Positions 9,287 to 17,262 of a stretch of DNA of 64,000 nt are shown here, in pieces; position 1 is the first letter of the stretch; the number at the start of each line of letters is the position of its first letter. Origin of the DNA: a virus; the IMG/VR virus record IMGVR_UViG_3300044712_001570, positions 24,122 to 88,121 of that record, one strand, 5' to 3'. A model generated the notes under the pieces. That model was not told the DNA's origin. It saw nothing but the letters and a program-made list of their open reading frames with translations, and ran no database searches. The translations under genes were made by a program, and so were the position numbers.

Positions 9287-10644
9287 TTCATGCAAACGTT
9301 CCCATGGGTGTTACACCCTACGGGTTTGATAGTAACTACGAAAGAGCAGTTGTTTATTATCTAGCATCTAATCCTAAGTTCTTCGGTCGTATAGGTAGTG
9401 CTATTGAACCTGATTGTTTAGCAGATGAAACAGCTCGCAGTATTACTAGGGCTGCACAATCGATAGCACATGACTGTGGTACCGGTCCTGATAGTACAAC
9501 CCTTATTCTTCAGCGTATGCGTGGATGGTTCAAAGAGGGTAAGATATTAGAAGAAACTGTTTATAACGCAGTTGAATACTTTGATGCTGTAGAAGCAGAT
9601 ATGTCAAAGCTTCCATCATGGGAGAAGTGCTTACCCGATCTTATAGCTATCATTAAACGCCGTATGGAGTGGACAGCACTTCAAACAGGTCTAAAAGAAT
9701 ACTCACATCGTGGTGATACTAGTCGTGTAGTTGATATATTCAATAAGGCTAAAAGACTAGGTACAACCGATGATGGAGTAGGCTCCCGCATAGGCAGAGC
9801 GTCCCTACAAGGTATTAAGGTCTTAGCAGAAGCTGATAAGGTGCAAACAGGTATCTTAGAGCTTGACGACTATCTTCGAGGTGGAAGAATGCGGGGTACC
9901 CTTTGGATGTGGATGGGTAGACCTGGAAGCGGTAAGTCTATGGGTTTAGTAGGGGATGCATGTGCAGCAGCCTATCAAGGCCACCTAGTATGCGCTGCGA
10001 CATGTGAGTTAGCTCAAAGTCTATGGGAAGCTCGAATCAATGCTCACCTAACGGGTATCTCGATCGATGAGATATTAGCTAACCCAATGTGCATTGAGGA
10101 GCAGATAGATACTATAACAACCGCACCAGGCTTTGGTGGTATCATAGTTAAAGCTTTTCAGTCTGGGGTATCAACAGTAGAAGATGTATTTGATTGGACT
10201 AAGCATTGTGAAGATATGTATGGGTGTAAATGCTCTACCCTTGTTGTTGATTATCTTGATAAGCTAAAATCAAGGGAGAGGATTAAAGATAGATACGAGG
10301 AGCTAGGGGTTATATCAGATAAGCTTTTCTATTATGCAAGGGATGGTGAACGTTGGTCCACTACAGCTACACAAGCTAGGAGAGGTGATAAGAATAAAAA
10401 AGGTAAGTCCTCCAGATTAGAGCAGGAGGATATGGGCGACAGCGATCTTAAGTCTCGTAATACCGATTACCTATGTACTATCAATCCAGAGGATGATGGG
10501 TATAATAGTCTATTCATTGCAAAGAACAGGGTTGGTCCTGCTGGTAAATCCGTAGGACCCTTCCCGACAGACTTCTCCATAGCCAGGCTTGCACCTACTG
10601 TATTCCTTCCCCCTTGGAGTGGTAACACACCATGCCCACAATAA
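9265..10644 (+). CDS. dnaB: DnaB-like replicative helicase
   Basis: Walker A GRPGSGKS, catalytic TCE, VVDYLD, ATQ, AKNRVG. Confidence 0.9.
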   Translation: MVMGSPIVHANVPMGVTPYGFDSNYERAVVYYLASNPKFFGRIGSAIEPDCLADETARSITRAAQSIAHDCGTGPDSTTLILQRMRGWFKEGKILEETVYNAVEYFDAVEADMSKLPSWEKCLPDLIAIIKRRMEWTALQTGLKEYSHRGDTSRVVDIFNKAKRLGTTDDGVGSRIGRASLQGIKVLAEADKVQTGILELDDYLRGGRMRGTLWMWMGRPGSGKSMGLVGDACAAAYQGHLVCAATCELAQSLWEARINAHLTGISIDEILANPMCIEEQIDTITTAPGFGGIIVKAFQSGVSTVEDVFDWTKHCEDMYGCKCSTLVVDYLDKLKSRERIKDRYEELGVISDKLFYYARDGERWSTTATQARRGDKNKKGKSSRLEQEDMGDSDLKSRNTDYLCTINPEDDGYNSLFIAKNRVGPAGKSVGPFPTDFSIARLAPTVFLPPWSGNTPCPQ

Positions 10645-10865
10645 TAATAAGATGGGCTATTAGATGCCATATATTAGGTTCGAAGGTTATACTATGGGTT
10701 AAGCGTACCAACCATGATTGGTGGCCTGGATGGACTCCTAATAAATCCGAACGGTGGTTACTACGAAGTAAAAAGGAAGCTAAGAAGATTGTAAAGTATC
10801 GTAGGTATTATTCCGCTCCTCAAAGGCTAAAGGTAACCTTAGTAAAGGTTCGGGTACATGCGTGA
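10632..10865 (+). CDS. Small basic hypothetical protein
   Basis: Fills the gap between helicase and primase, overlapping both. Confidence 0.55.
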   Translation: MPTIIIRWAIRCHILGSKVILWVKRTNHDWWPGWTPNKSERWLLRSKKEAKKIVKYRRYYSAPQRLKVTLVKVRVHA

Positions 10866-11736
10866 TAGCCACGTTATTATACAGACCCAGCTATTATCTA
10901 AACGTCCTAACTCAAAAGGTTGGGTACGTGTTAATTGTCCACTATGTGTAGAGCGTGGTGAACCTACGCCAGATAAAAAGCTATCGCTAGGTGTACAGGT
11001 TAATAGTGGTTGGTTTCATTGCTGGAGATGCGATGCGAAAGGGTTCCTAGATGGTACCGATCGAACAGACTTTGAAAAGCGAGCACCTAAAGATGGATTC
11101 AAATCCATTGACCTACCAGAAGGTTTCTTCCTTCTTGATGAAAATAAATGCGAATCTTTGCAACCAGCATGGGACTATCTGACCAATCATCGCAATCTAT
11201 CAGAGGACGAGATAAGGCTGCATTGTATTGGTGCATGCCTAACAGGTAGGTTTGCAGGTAGAGTAGTTATACCAGTGTACTCTAACGATGACCGTATAGT
11301 CTATTGGGTCACCAGAAAGTGGGTAAGAAAATGTAGTAAACCCTATTTAAATCCTTCTCATGAAAGGGAAGGGCTATTCTTTGGTGAGGAGTTATTAGTA
11401 GAAGAGAGTAGTATTCCCCTCTTATGTGTTGAGGGGGTGTTTGATGCAATAGCACACTATCCCCATGCAGTTGCAACCTTAGGTAAGGTAACAGAACCCC
11501 ATCTCGAACGATTAATGAAGGTTAGGAGACCAGTGGTATTCGTTCGAGATGGGGATGCAAGAGATGAGGGAATATGCTGTGCACTACGTATGCAGATGAA
11601 TGGATTTGCATATGGAACAGGGTCAGTAGACCTAGGCGCAAAGGTAGACCCGGATGAAATAACACATGAAGTATTAATGTACGAAGCAGAGTTATCTCTA
11701 ACAACATGGAAAGCCATCATGGAGCAAAGACAATGA
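10858..11736 (+). CDS. DNA primase (zinc finger + TOPRIM)
   Basis: CPLC...CWRC zinc finger; VEGVFDAIA and DGD TOPRIM motifs. Confidence 0.9.
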   Translation: MRDSHVIIQTQLLSKRPNSKGWVRVNCPLCVERGEPTPDKKLSLGVQVNSGWFHCWRCDAKGFLDGTDRTDFEKRAPKDGFKSIDLPEGFFLLDENKCESLQPAWDYLTNHRNLSEDEIRLHCIGACLTGRFAGRVVIPVYSNDDRIVYWVTRKWVRKCSKPYLNPSHEREGLFFGEELLVEESSIPLLCVEGVFDAIAHYPHAVATLGKVTEPHLERLMKVRRPVVFVRDGDARDEGICCALRMQMNGFAYGTGSVDLGAKVDPDEITHEVLMYEAELSLTTWKAIMEQRQ

Positions 11737-12488
11737 ACGAACGTATCAGTATCGTAGGTCATACAACAAATCTGGTTGATCTAATCAATGGTGAAAAAAC
11801 AGGGGAACCTTATTATGAGGTATCCATTCGTATGAGGGTAAAAGACCATGGGATAGTGCTAGGGGTTCTATCCTCCATAGCTGTTATGGTTAGTCATACC
11901 AATGCACTCAACCCATGCCCATCACCTGCAGTACCAGTAGAGGTTCCACCTCGTATAGGTAAAGAAGCCCTTGAGGACCTAAAGGCTGTAAATAGCCCCA
12001 CTACTTCCGAGCCTATTGCAGAACCAACCCCAGAAAGAAAAACCCGTACGAGGGCCGCTAAAGTAGTTTCCGAGGCATCCCCAGAGATGGAGGCACAAGC
12101 TAAAAAGAACTTTGAAGCTGCATCCGCTAAGGTTGAAACAGTAGCATCCAAAACAGTGACAGAGGATGATGCCTTATTGAAAGATGAGGAACCACCACAG
12201 GAACAACAACCATACCCTATGGAGAATGCAACAACTCCATTAGTTGAAGCCAAGGTGGAGCCTAAAGACTTAGGTCCTAAGTCCTCTTCTAATCTCAATA
12301 TGGATGTTATCCGTAAAGCCACCAAGCTCGTTGAGATATTCAAGCATGCTATCGAGTGTGGGAACAAGACTATTGACACATGCTTTGAAGCTGTCAATGC
12401 AGTCAAAGATGAGAACGCGATACTTACCAGAACACCTTCTCTCAAGCAGAGGGTAAAGCAGCACTTCGAAGTATTCGGGGTTGACTGA
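11733..12488 (+). CDS. Hypothetical protein with low-complexity Pro/Glu/Ala linker (ORF track start 11706)
   Basis: ATGA overlap with primase; SD GGAG. Confidence 0.7.
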   Translation: MNERISIVGHTTNLVDLINGEKTGEPYYEVSIRMRVKDHGIVLGVLSSIAVMVSHTNALNPCPSPAVPVEVPPRIGKEALEDLKAVNSPTTSEPIAEPTPERKTRTRAAKVVSEASPEMEAQAKKNFEAASAKVETVASKTVTEDDALLKDEEPPQEQQPYPMENATTPLVEAKVEPKDLGPKSSSNLNMDVIRKATKLVEIFKHAIECGNKTIDTCFEAVNAVKDENAILTRTPSLKQRVKQHFEVFGVD

Positions 12489-12490
12489 TT

Positions 12491-15058
12491 ATGCGAACTA
12501 TTCCTCTCTACCCTAGCAAACCCAAGCTTGCAGTCTGCGATAACTATCCAGCCTTTAGGTGCAACAAAGATTGTGCTAACTGCGATTTATCTACAGGTAC
12601 AACGAATGTATGTTCTCCTCCGGAAGGGGATGCAGGTGGTTTGCTAGTGGTGGGAGGATTCCCATCGATTGAGGATTCAAGAGCAGGTCGACCGTTTACG
12701 AATGCTAATGGTCGACTTGTTAGGACTGCAATAACCAAACACTGGAAAGGTAGGGTGGCATTAGATAATGCTATCAAGTGTCCTCCACCTAGGAAGGATG
12801 GAAAGGTAAAGATCAAGCCCACTTATATAACCTGTTGCAGGCCTTATCTATATTCTACCTTTCAAGATGTTAAACCTACGAGGGTTATCGTGTTAGGTAA
12901 TGATGCAGCAAAGAGTGTAGTTGGTAGGGGAGTACCATCCATAACAGTTCGAAAAGGTTATACATGGTCATTCGAATATGGATGCCCTGTATTCTTTGTT
13001 ATGGACCCAGCATTCGCTATGCATAATGACAGCTACAGGGAGTGGTTCGAGGAGGATATGCAACATGCCTTGACCTGGGCACCACCACCACCTGTATGGG
13101 ATGCACGTGCTGGCTTAGTGGAATCGGAGCAGGATGCCAAAGAAGCACTCGAGGTTCTAGCGACAGCAGATTGGGTATCGTTCGACGTAGAAGCTGCTGG
13201 ACTAATGTTCAACGCTAGCTATCGGCTATTGAGTGCAAGCTTTACTGCAAAGGTTGATAATAACCTTGAGACATTCGTCTGGACTAGCAGAGGACTTAAT
13301 ACCGCATTCAATGCGTATAAAAAGATTCTAGAAAGTAGTATACCTAAAGTAGGAGCTAACATTAGGTACGATGGGTTAGCAAACCAAGTACTATATGGTA
13401 TACATCTTAATAACATTATTAGTGATGTTAGGTTGGAAGCTAAGCTACTTGATGCAGAGTGTAGTGGTAAGCTCGAAGCTTTAGCAGAACGAGTAGGAAT
13501 GGGAGGCTGTAAAGAAGAACAAGAAGCTGCAATGCTAGCAGGTGTAAATAAAGTAAACGCTATACTTCGTTCTGTTAGAACTAAAGGCGCTAATGAGTTT
13601 AACTTAGGTTTACTTAGAGCCCAAGGTATAGATGATAAGCTTTATCCAGTAGTAAATGGACCTTATGATTATGAAGCCGAAAGATGGTCATATGCAGTAG
13701 TAGAAAAGAATCAACTGTATTCCTATAATGCGAGGGATACCTTAGCTACTGCTTTGGTAAAGGATTCAATCCAACCTCAGATGGAAGCTAATGAAGCTCT
13801 TAGTACTGTATGGAATGATATAGTACTACCAGCTAATGAAGCTTTCCAATGGGTTGAGTACTGGGGCTTTGGTGTATCTATACCTGATATCATGGCCTTT
13901 AGCGCTTCACTGGACAATGATATAGCACAGGCGGAAGAAAAGCTTAATGAGATTGCTAATCGTATAGGCTGCCGTAATGTGAACTGGAGGAGTGCAGCAC
14001 AGGTAGGGCCTATACTATTCGATAAGCTTAAGTTACCTGTTATTGAATATACCAATGATAATGAAGATACGTATGCTACAGGTGGTGATGTATTAGAAGC
14101 GTTAGTAGGTAAGCACGCTATTATAGAGCATCTATTAGCCTTTCGTAAGGCAGATAAGCTTCAATACTTTGGTTCTGGTATGCTACCTCATGTCAGAGAG
14201 GATAGTAGGATACATACAAGCATCTTATTGGATGGTGCCCGTAGTGGCCGTTCCTCTTCTATTAAGCCAAACCTTCAAAATATTCCTAAGATTGCAAGGA
14301 AGTACTTCGTAGCCTCCCCAGGTAATCTATTAGTACAGCTTGACTATAAGCAACTCGAACTAGTCATAGCCGCTATGGTTTCTGGTGACCCTGAGATGTG
14401 TCGAATCTTTAGGGAGGGGATAGACTTCCATAGGTTTACTGCAAACGTTGTTAGTCAGCTTATGTGGGGTATTCCACCAGAAGCCGTAACAGGAGACCAT
14501 CGAAGTAAGGTCAAGCCAGTAGTATTCGGTAAGTTATACGGCAAGACAGATGAAACCCTAGCTAAAGACCTTGGGTGTTCTGTTGCAACGGCTAGAAAGG
14601 TTATAGGTAGTATATTCGATAAGTTCAGTATCCTTAACCGATGGTGCAAGGACATTCAAAGGGAGGCTACACGAACAGGGGTTACTCATACCTATTGGAA
14701 TAAAAAGAAAGCTCGTATGAGGTGCTTGCCACATATAACAAGCAATATGAAGGGGTTAAGGATAACAGCGGAGAACGGTAGCTATAATACTCCTATTCAA
14801 GGTACTGCTAACGACTTCCTATTAGTAAGCCTTGTACAGATAATAAGACGCATATTGCAGGATAAACTACCTGCTAGGGTATGCATAACGGTGCATGACT
14901 CTATAGTGATGGAGGTGGAGCAGTCGCAAGCTTATGATGTAGCTCGCATGGCTAAGAAGATTATGGAATCACAACCAAGTGCAGGAGCAGATGTCCCTTT
15001 GACAGCAGAAGTTGAGATAGGTCAAAGCTGGGGTCAACTAGTAAAGGTAAACCTATAA
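12491..15058 (+). CDS. polA: Family A DNA polymerase with N-terminal family-4 UDG-like domain and 3'-5' exonuclease
   Basis: CANCDL/KCPPP/CCRPYL Fe-S Cys pattern; exo FDVE, NIRYD, YNARD; pol NLQNIP, DYKQLE, KPVVFGKLYG, IQGTA, VHDS. Confidence 0.93.
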   Translation: MRTIPLYPSKPKLAVCDNYPAFRCNKDCANCDLSTGTTNVCSPPEGDAGGLLVVGGFPSIEDSRAGRPFTNANGRLVRTAITKHWKGRVALDNAIKCPPPRKDGKVKIKPTYITCCRPYLYSTFQDVKPTRVIVLGNDAAKSVVGRGVPSITVRKGYTWSFEYGCPVFFVMDPAFAMHNDSYREWFEEDMQHALTWAPPPPVWDARAGLVESEQDAKEALEVLATADWVSFDVEAAGLMFNASYRLLSASFTAKVDNNLETFVWTSRGLNTAFNAYKKILESSIPKVGANIRYDGLANQVLYGIHLNNIISDVRLEAKLLDAECSGKLEALAERVGMGGCKEEQEAAMLAGVNKVNAILRSVRTKGANEFNLGLLRAQGIDDKLYPVVNGPYDYEAERWSYAVVEKNQLYSYNARDTLATALVKDSIQPQMEANEALSTVWNDIVLPANEAFQWVEYWGFGVSIPDIMAFSASLDNDIAQAEEKLNEIANRIGCRNVNWRSAAQVGPILFDKLKLPVIEYTNDNEDTYATGGDVLEALVGKHAIIEHLLAFRKADKLQYFGSGMLPHVREDSRIHTSILLDGARSGRSSSIKPNLQNIPKIARKYFVASPGNLLVQLDYKQLELVIAAMVSGDPEMCRIFREGIDFHRFTANVVSQLMWGIPPEAVTGDHRSKVKPVVFGKLYGKTDETLAKDLGCSVATARKVIGSIFDKFSILNRWCKDIQREATRTGVTHTYWNKKKARMRCLPHITSNMKGLRITAENGSYNTPIQGTANDFLLVSLVQIIRRILQDKLPARVCITVHDSIVMEVEQSQAYDVARMAKKIMESQPSAGADVPLTAEVEIGQSWGQLVKVNL

Positions 15059-15327
15059 TGTATAAGATATGCATCCTATTATTAGTATTACAAGCATGTG
15101 GAGGTAATGTATCCCATGAATGCTTGCAGTTAGGTAACCCTCATGGCTTAGCAGAAGGTTGTCAAGCTAGGGCTTGGGTTATTGATGAAAACCTTCCTGC
15201 CCCATCATGTATCGAAGTAAAGGGGCAATCTCTACTTGTAGAGCGAATGGATAATGCTCCTTTATATACTGGTACTTGTTCCCTTTGGTCCTATCCACAA
15301 TCAATAGTAGTTGAGGTTAAACCATGA
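15058..15327 (+). CDS. Small putative lipoprotein
   Basis: MYKICILLLVLQAC lipobox-like signal; TAATG coupling. Confidence 0.6.
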   Translation: MYKICILLLVLQACGGNVSHECLQLGNPHGLAEGCQARAWVIDENLPAPSCIEVKGQSLLVERMDNAPLYTGTCSLWSYPQSIVVEVKP

Positions 15328-15770
15328 ATCATATCGAAGAAGTAGTCACAGTAAAGGAAGCAACCTCTATTGATAATAACCAACTAAACGAAGAGTTTAT
15401 ACGTTTACCATCCGATCTATCCTACTTCTCTAACCTATATGCAGAAGCATGTGATGCATCTGCAAGGGCTAAGCTTTTGAAGGAGATGGCAGAAGCAGCT
15501 GTAGTACAAGAGCTACGTAGTACTAATGATAAGATAAATGTGGATATGGTTAAAGCTCTTGTTACTTTAGATGAAACAGTAGAAGCAAGTCGGCGCAATC
15601 TTATAACAGCAGAAACAAATGAAGTTCGATTGAAAGGAGTATGTGACGCTATACGAGCTAAGAAGGATATGTTAGTCTCTATTGGTGCAAACATTAGAGC
15701 GGAGTCTGAAGGTAGTCCACTAATAAGACAACAATCCCGTGCAATGCGGGAGAGTGAATCGGATAGGTAG
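15324..15770 (+). CDS. UvsY-like recombination mediator
   Basis: Helical; IDNNQLNEE...DAIRAKKDML resembles the T4 UvsY pattern; next to gp32-like SSB. Confidence 0.6.
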   Translation: MNHIEEVVTVKEATSIDNNQLNEEFIRLPSDLSYFSNLYAEACDASARAKLLKEMAEAAVVQELRSTNDKINVDMVKALVTLDETVEASRRNLITAETNEVRLKGVCDAIRAKKDMLVSIGANIRAESEGSPLIRQQSRAMRESESDR

Positions 15771-15837
15771 CCCAATAGGTTAGGGTCCTCGGCTCATAAC
15801 CGAGTTAGTGCGGGTTCGAGTCCCGCCCTATCCACCA
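15761..15837 (+). tRNA. tRNA with CAT anticodon (Ile2 or elongator Met)
   Basis: Cloverleaf: GGATAGG/CCTATCC, D arm GCCC/GGGT, CTCGG-CTCATAA-CCGAG, GCGGG-TTCGAGT-CCCGC, ACCA end; G1:C72 is paired, so not initiator. Confidence 0.95.
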
Positions 15838-15877
15838 CCCATTGAAGGGTGCATGAAAGTAGAAAGTAGGTCGTATA

Positions 15878-16666
15878 ATGGCAAGTAATCTAGTTAAATG
15901 GGGTTCGTTTGATATTGGTGTTGCAGAGGAAGAACGCAAAGCTGTTGATGCAGAAACAGCCTCAACCAGTGTATACATTACCCTAAAGGAGGGGGATACT
16001 ACTGTTAGGTTTCTTCCACCTCCTGTTGGGGTACAGAATCCCTTTATGCGAACGCATAGACACTTTATCCGTCTAGCTAACCTTGAGCATCCAGTGGTCT
16101 TTAACTGCCCCCGTATGCTAGCCAAACAACCCTGCCCCGTATGTGAGCAGGTAGATAAGCTAAAAGCTTCTGGTAATCGTGCGGATTACAAGAAGGCAGG
16201 TAGTTTCCTCCCTCGGTTATATATCTTTGCCAATGTCATTGATAGAGCCCAGGAAGAACGGGGGCCTCTTATTCTTCGGTTTGGAAAGACTATATTCGAT
16301 CAACTCATGGAGATTCGTACTGACCTCAAGAAGGGTGGTGACTATACTAATCCAGAAGAGGAAGGGTTTGATATTATCATTACTCGCAAGGGTAGTGGGA
16401 TGCAGGATACCGAATACTCGGTATATCCATGCAAACGCAACTCCGAGCTAGGTGATCTATCTTGGATTGATAAGCAACACAATCTAGTCAAGGAACGTGA
16501 AGTCCTTACCTATGACGAGATTGTGGATATGCTTAAGGGTGAAAATAATGACAATGAACGTTCATCTAATAGGCGTGAAGCTGCGGGTGGACGAGGAAGA
16601 GGAGGTGGTAGAGGACGAAGTGTTCAGGATGATGCACAAGATGCTGAAGTTTGGGATGCAGATTAA
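15878..16666 (+). CDS. gp32-like single-stranded DNA-binding protein
   Basis: VRFLPP, CP...CPVCE zinc motif, GFDIIITRKG, RGG tract, acidic C-terminus. Confidence 0.85.
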   Translation: MASNLVKWGSFDIGVAEEERKAVDAETASTSVYITLKEGDTTVRFLPPPVGVQNPFMRTHRHFIRLANLEHPVVFNCPRMLAKQPCPVCEQVDKLKASGNRADYKKAGSFLPRLYIFANVIDRAQEERGPLILRFGKTIFDQLMEIRTDLKKGGDYTNPEEEGFDIIITRKGSGMQDTEYSVYPCKRNSELGDLSWIDKQHNLVKEREVLTYDEIVDMLKGENNDNERSSNRREAAGGRGRGGGRGRSVQDDAQDAEVWDAD

Positions 16667-16680
16667 CTAGTTTTTTAGCC

Positions 16681-16703
16681 GTCTCCTCTGCTCGAGAGGA
16701 GAC
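16681..16703 (+). other. Perfect 9-bp hairpin after the SSB gene
   Basis: GTCTCCTCT-GCTCG-AGAGGAGAC; no downstream U tract. Confidence 0.5.
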
Positions 16704-16720
16704 AATGGAAGGAATATAAC

Positions 16721-16834
16721 ATGTACAGAATGTTGAAAGCATTGCACGCTATAATGTATAAACCAACAATAAGTTGGTATACCGTTATAGTGGTATGCGT
16801 AGTTCATGAGTTCATATCATTATATAAAACATAG
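16721..16834 (+). CDS. Putative 37-aa hydrophobic peptide
   Basis: SD GGAAGGA; MYRMLKALHAIMYKPTISWYTVIVVCVVHEFISLYKT. Confidence 0.45.
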   Translation: MYRMLKALHAIMYKPTISWYTVIVVCVVHEFISLYKT

Positions 16835-16860
16835 GTAGTTGGCCGGTGAGAGCCGGCTTA

Positions 16861-16986
16861 GGAGTGGCTTGGTGCACAGATAGTTTGGCTAGCATGAACA
16901 TGACATGGATTCCCCACACGCCCTTCCCCACCCGTGTGGCCTAGCTAAACATCTGATAGAGGGTTCGATTCCTTCTCACTCCACGA
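16861..16986 (+). ncRNA. tRNA-like / minimal tmRNA-like RNA
   Basis: Acceptor GGAGTGG/TCACTCC-A, stemless D-loop with GG, 5+10-bp helix, 3-nt linker, T arm GAGGG-TTCGATT-CCTTC. Confidence 0.8.
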
Positions 16987-16995
16987 GGTAAATAC

Positions 16996-17262
16996 ATGGG
17001 TAATCCACTCAAAAGATACGTAAAGGTTGAAGTCCTTGTTAGCGCATCTGGTAAGGGTAAGAAGTGCCACGAATCTTGCCCTTACCTAAACCGAATGATA
17101 GATGAGTTAGAAGGTACTCGTTCAAAGAGTTGTTTATTATTTGATTCACCTTTATCTATATCCGGTAATAATAGTGACATTATGCGTTGTCCAGAATGTG
17201 TACAAGAAGCAGTAATAATAGATGTTAATAGATTAAAAACAGAATCAAAGGAAAAGCCATGA
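16996..17262 (+). CDS. Small Cys-rich protein
   Basis: CHESCPYL...CLLFD...RCPEC; SD GAGGT. Confidence 0.7.
   Translation: MGNPLKRYVKVEVLVSASGKGKKCHESCPYLNRMIDELEGTRSKSCLLFDSPLSISGNNSDIMRCPECVQEAVIIDVNRLKTESKEKP

Noticed and set aside
16681-16703. Intrinsic terminator after SSB
   Set aside because: The T run precedes the hairpin and neither strand has a U tract after it; kept only as a hairpin
16861-16986. Ordinary or intron-containing tRNA
   Set aside because: No D-stem, no anticodon loop with U33 recoverable by removing an insert, and the insert is too short for a group I intron
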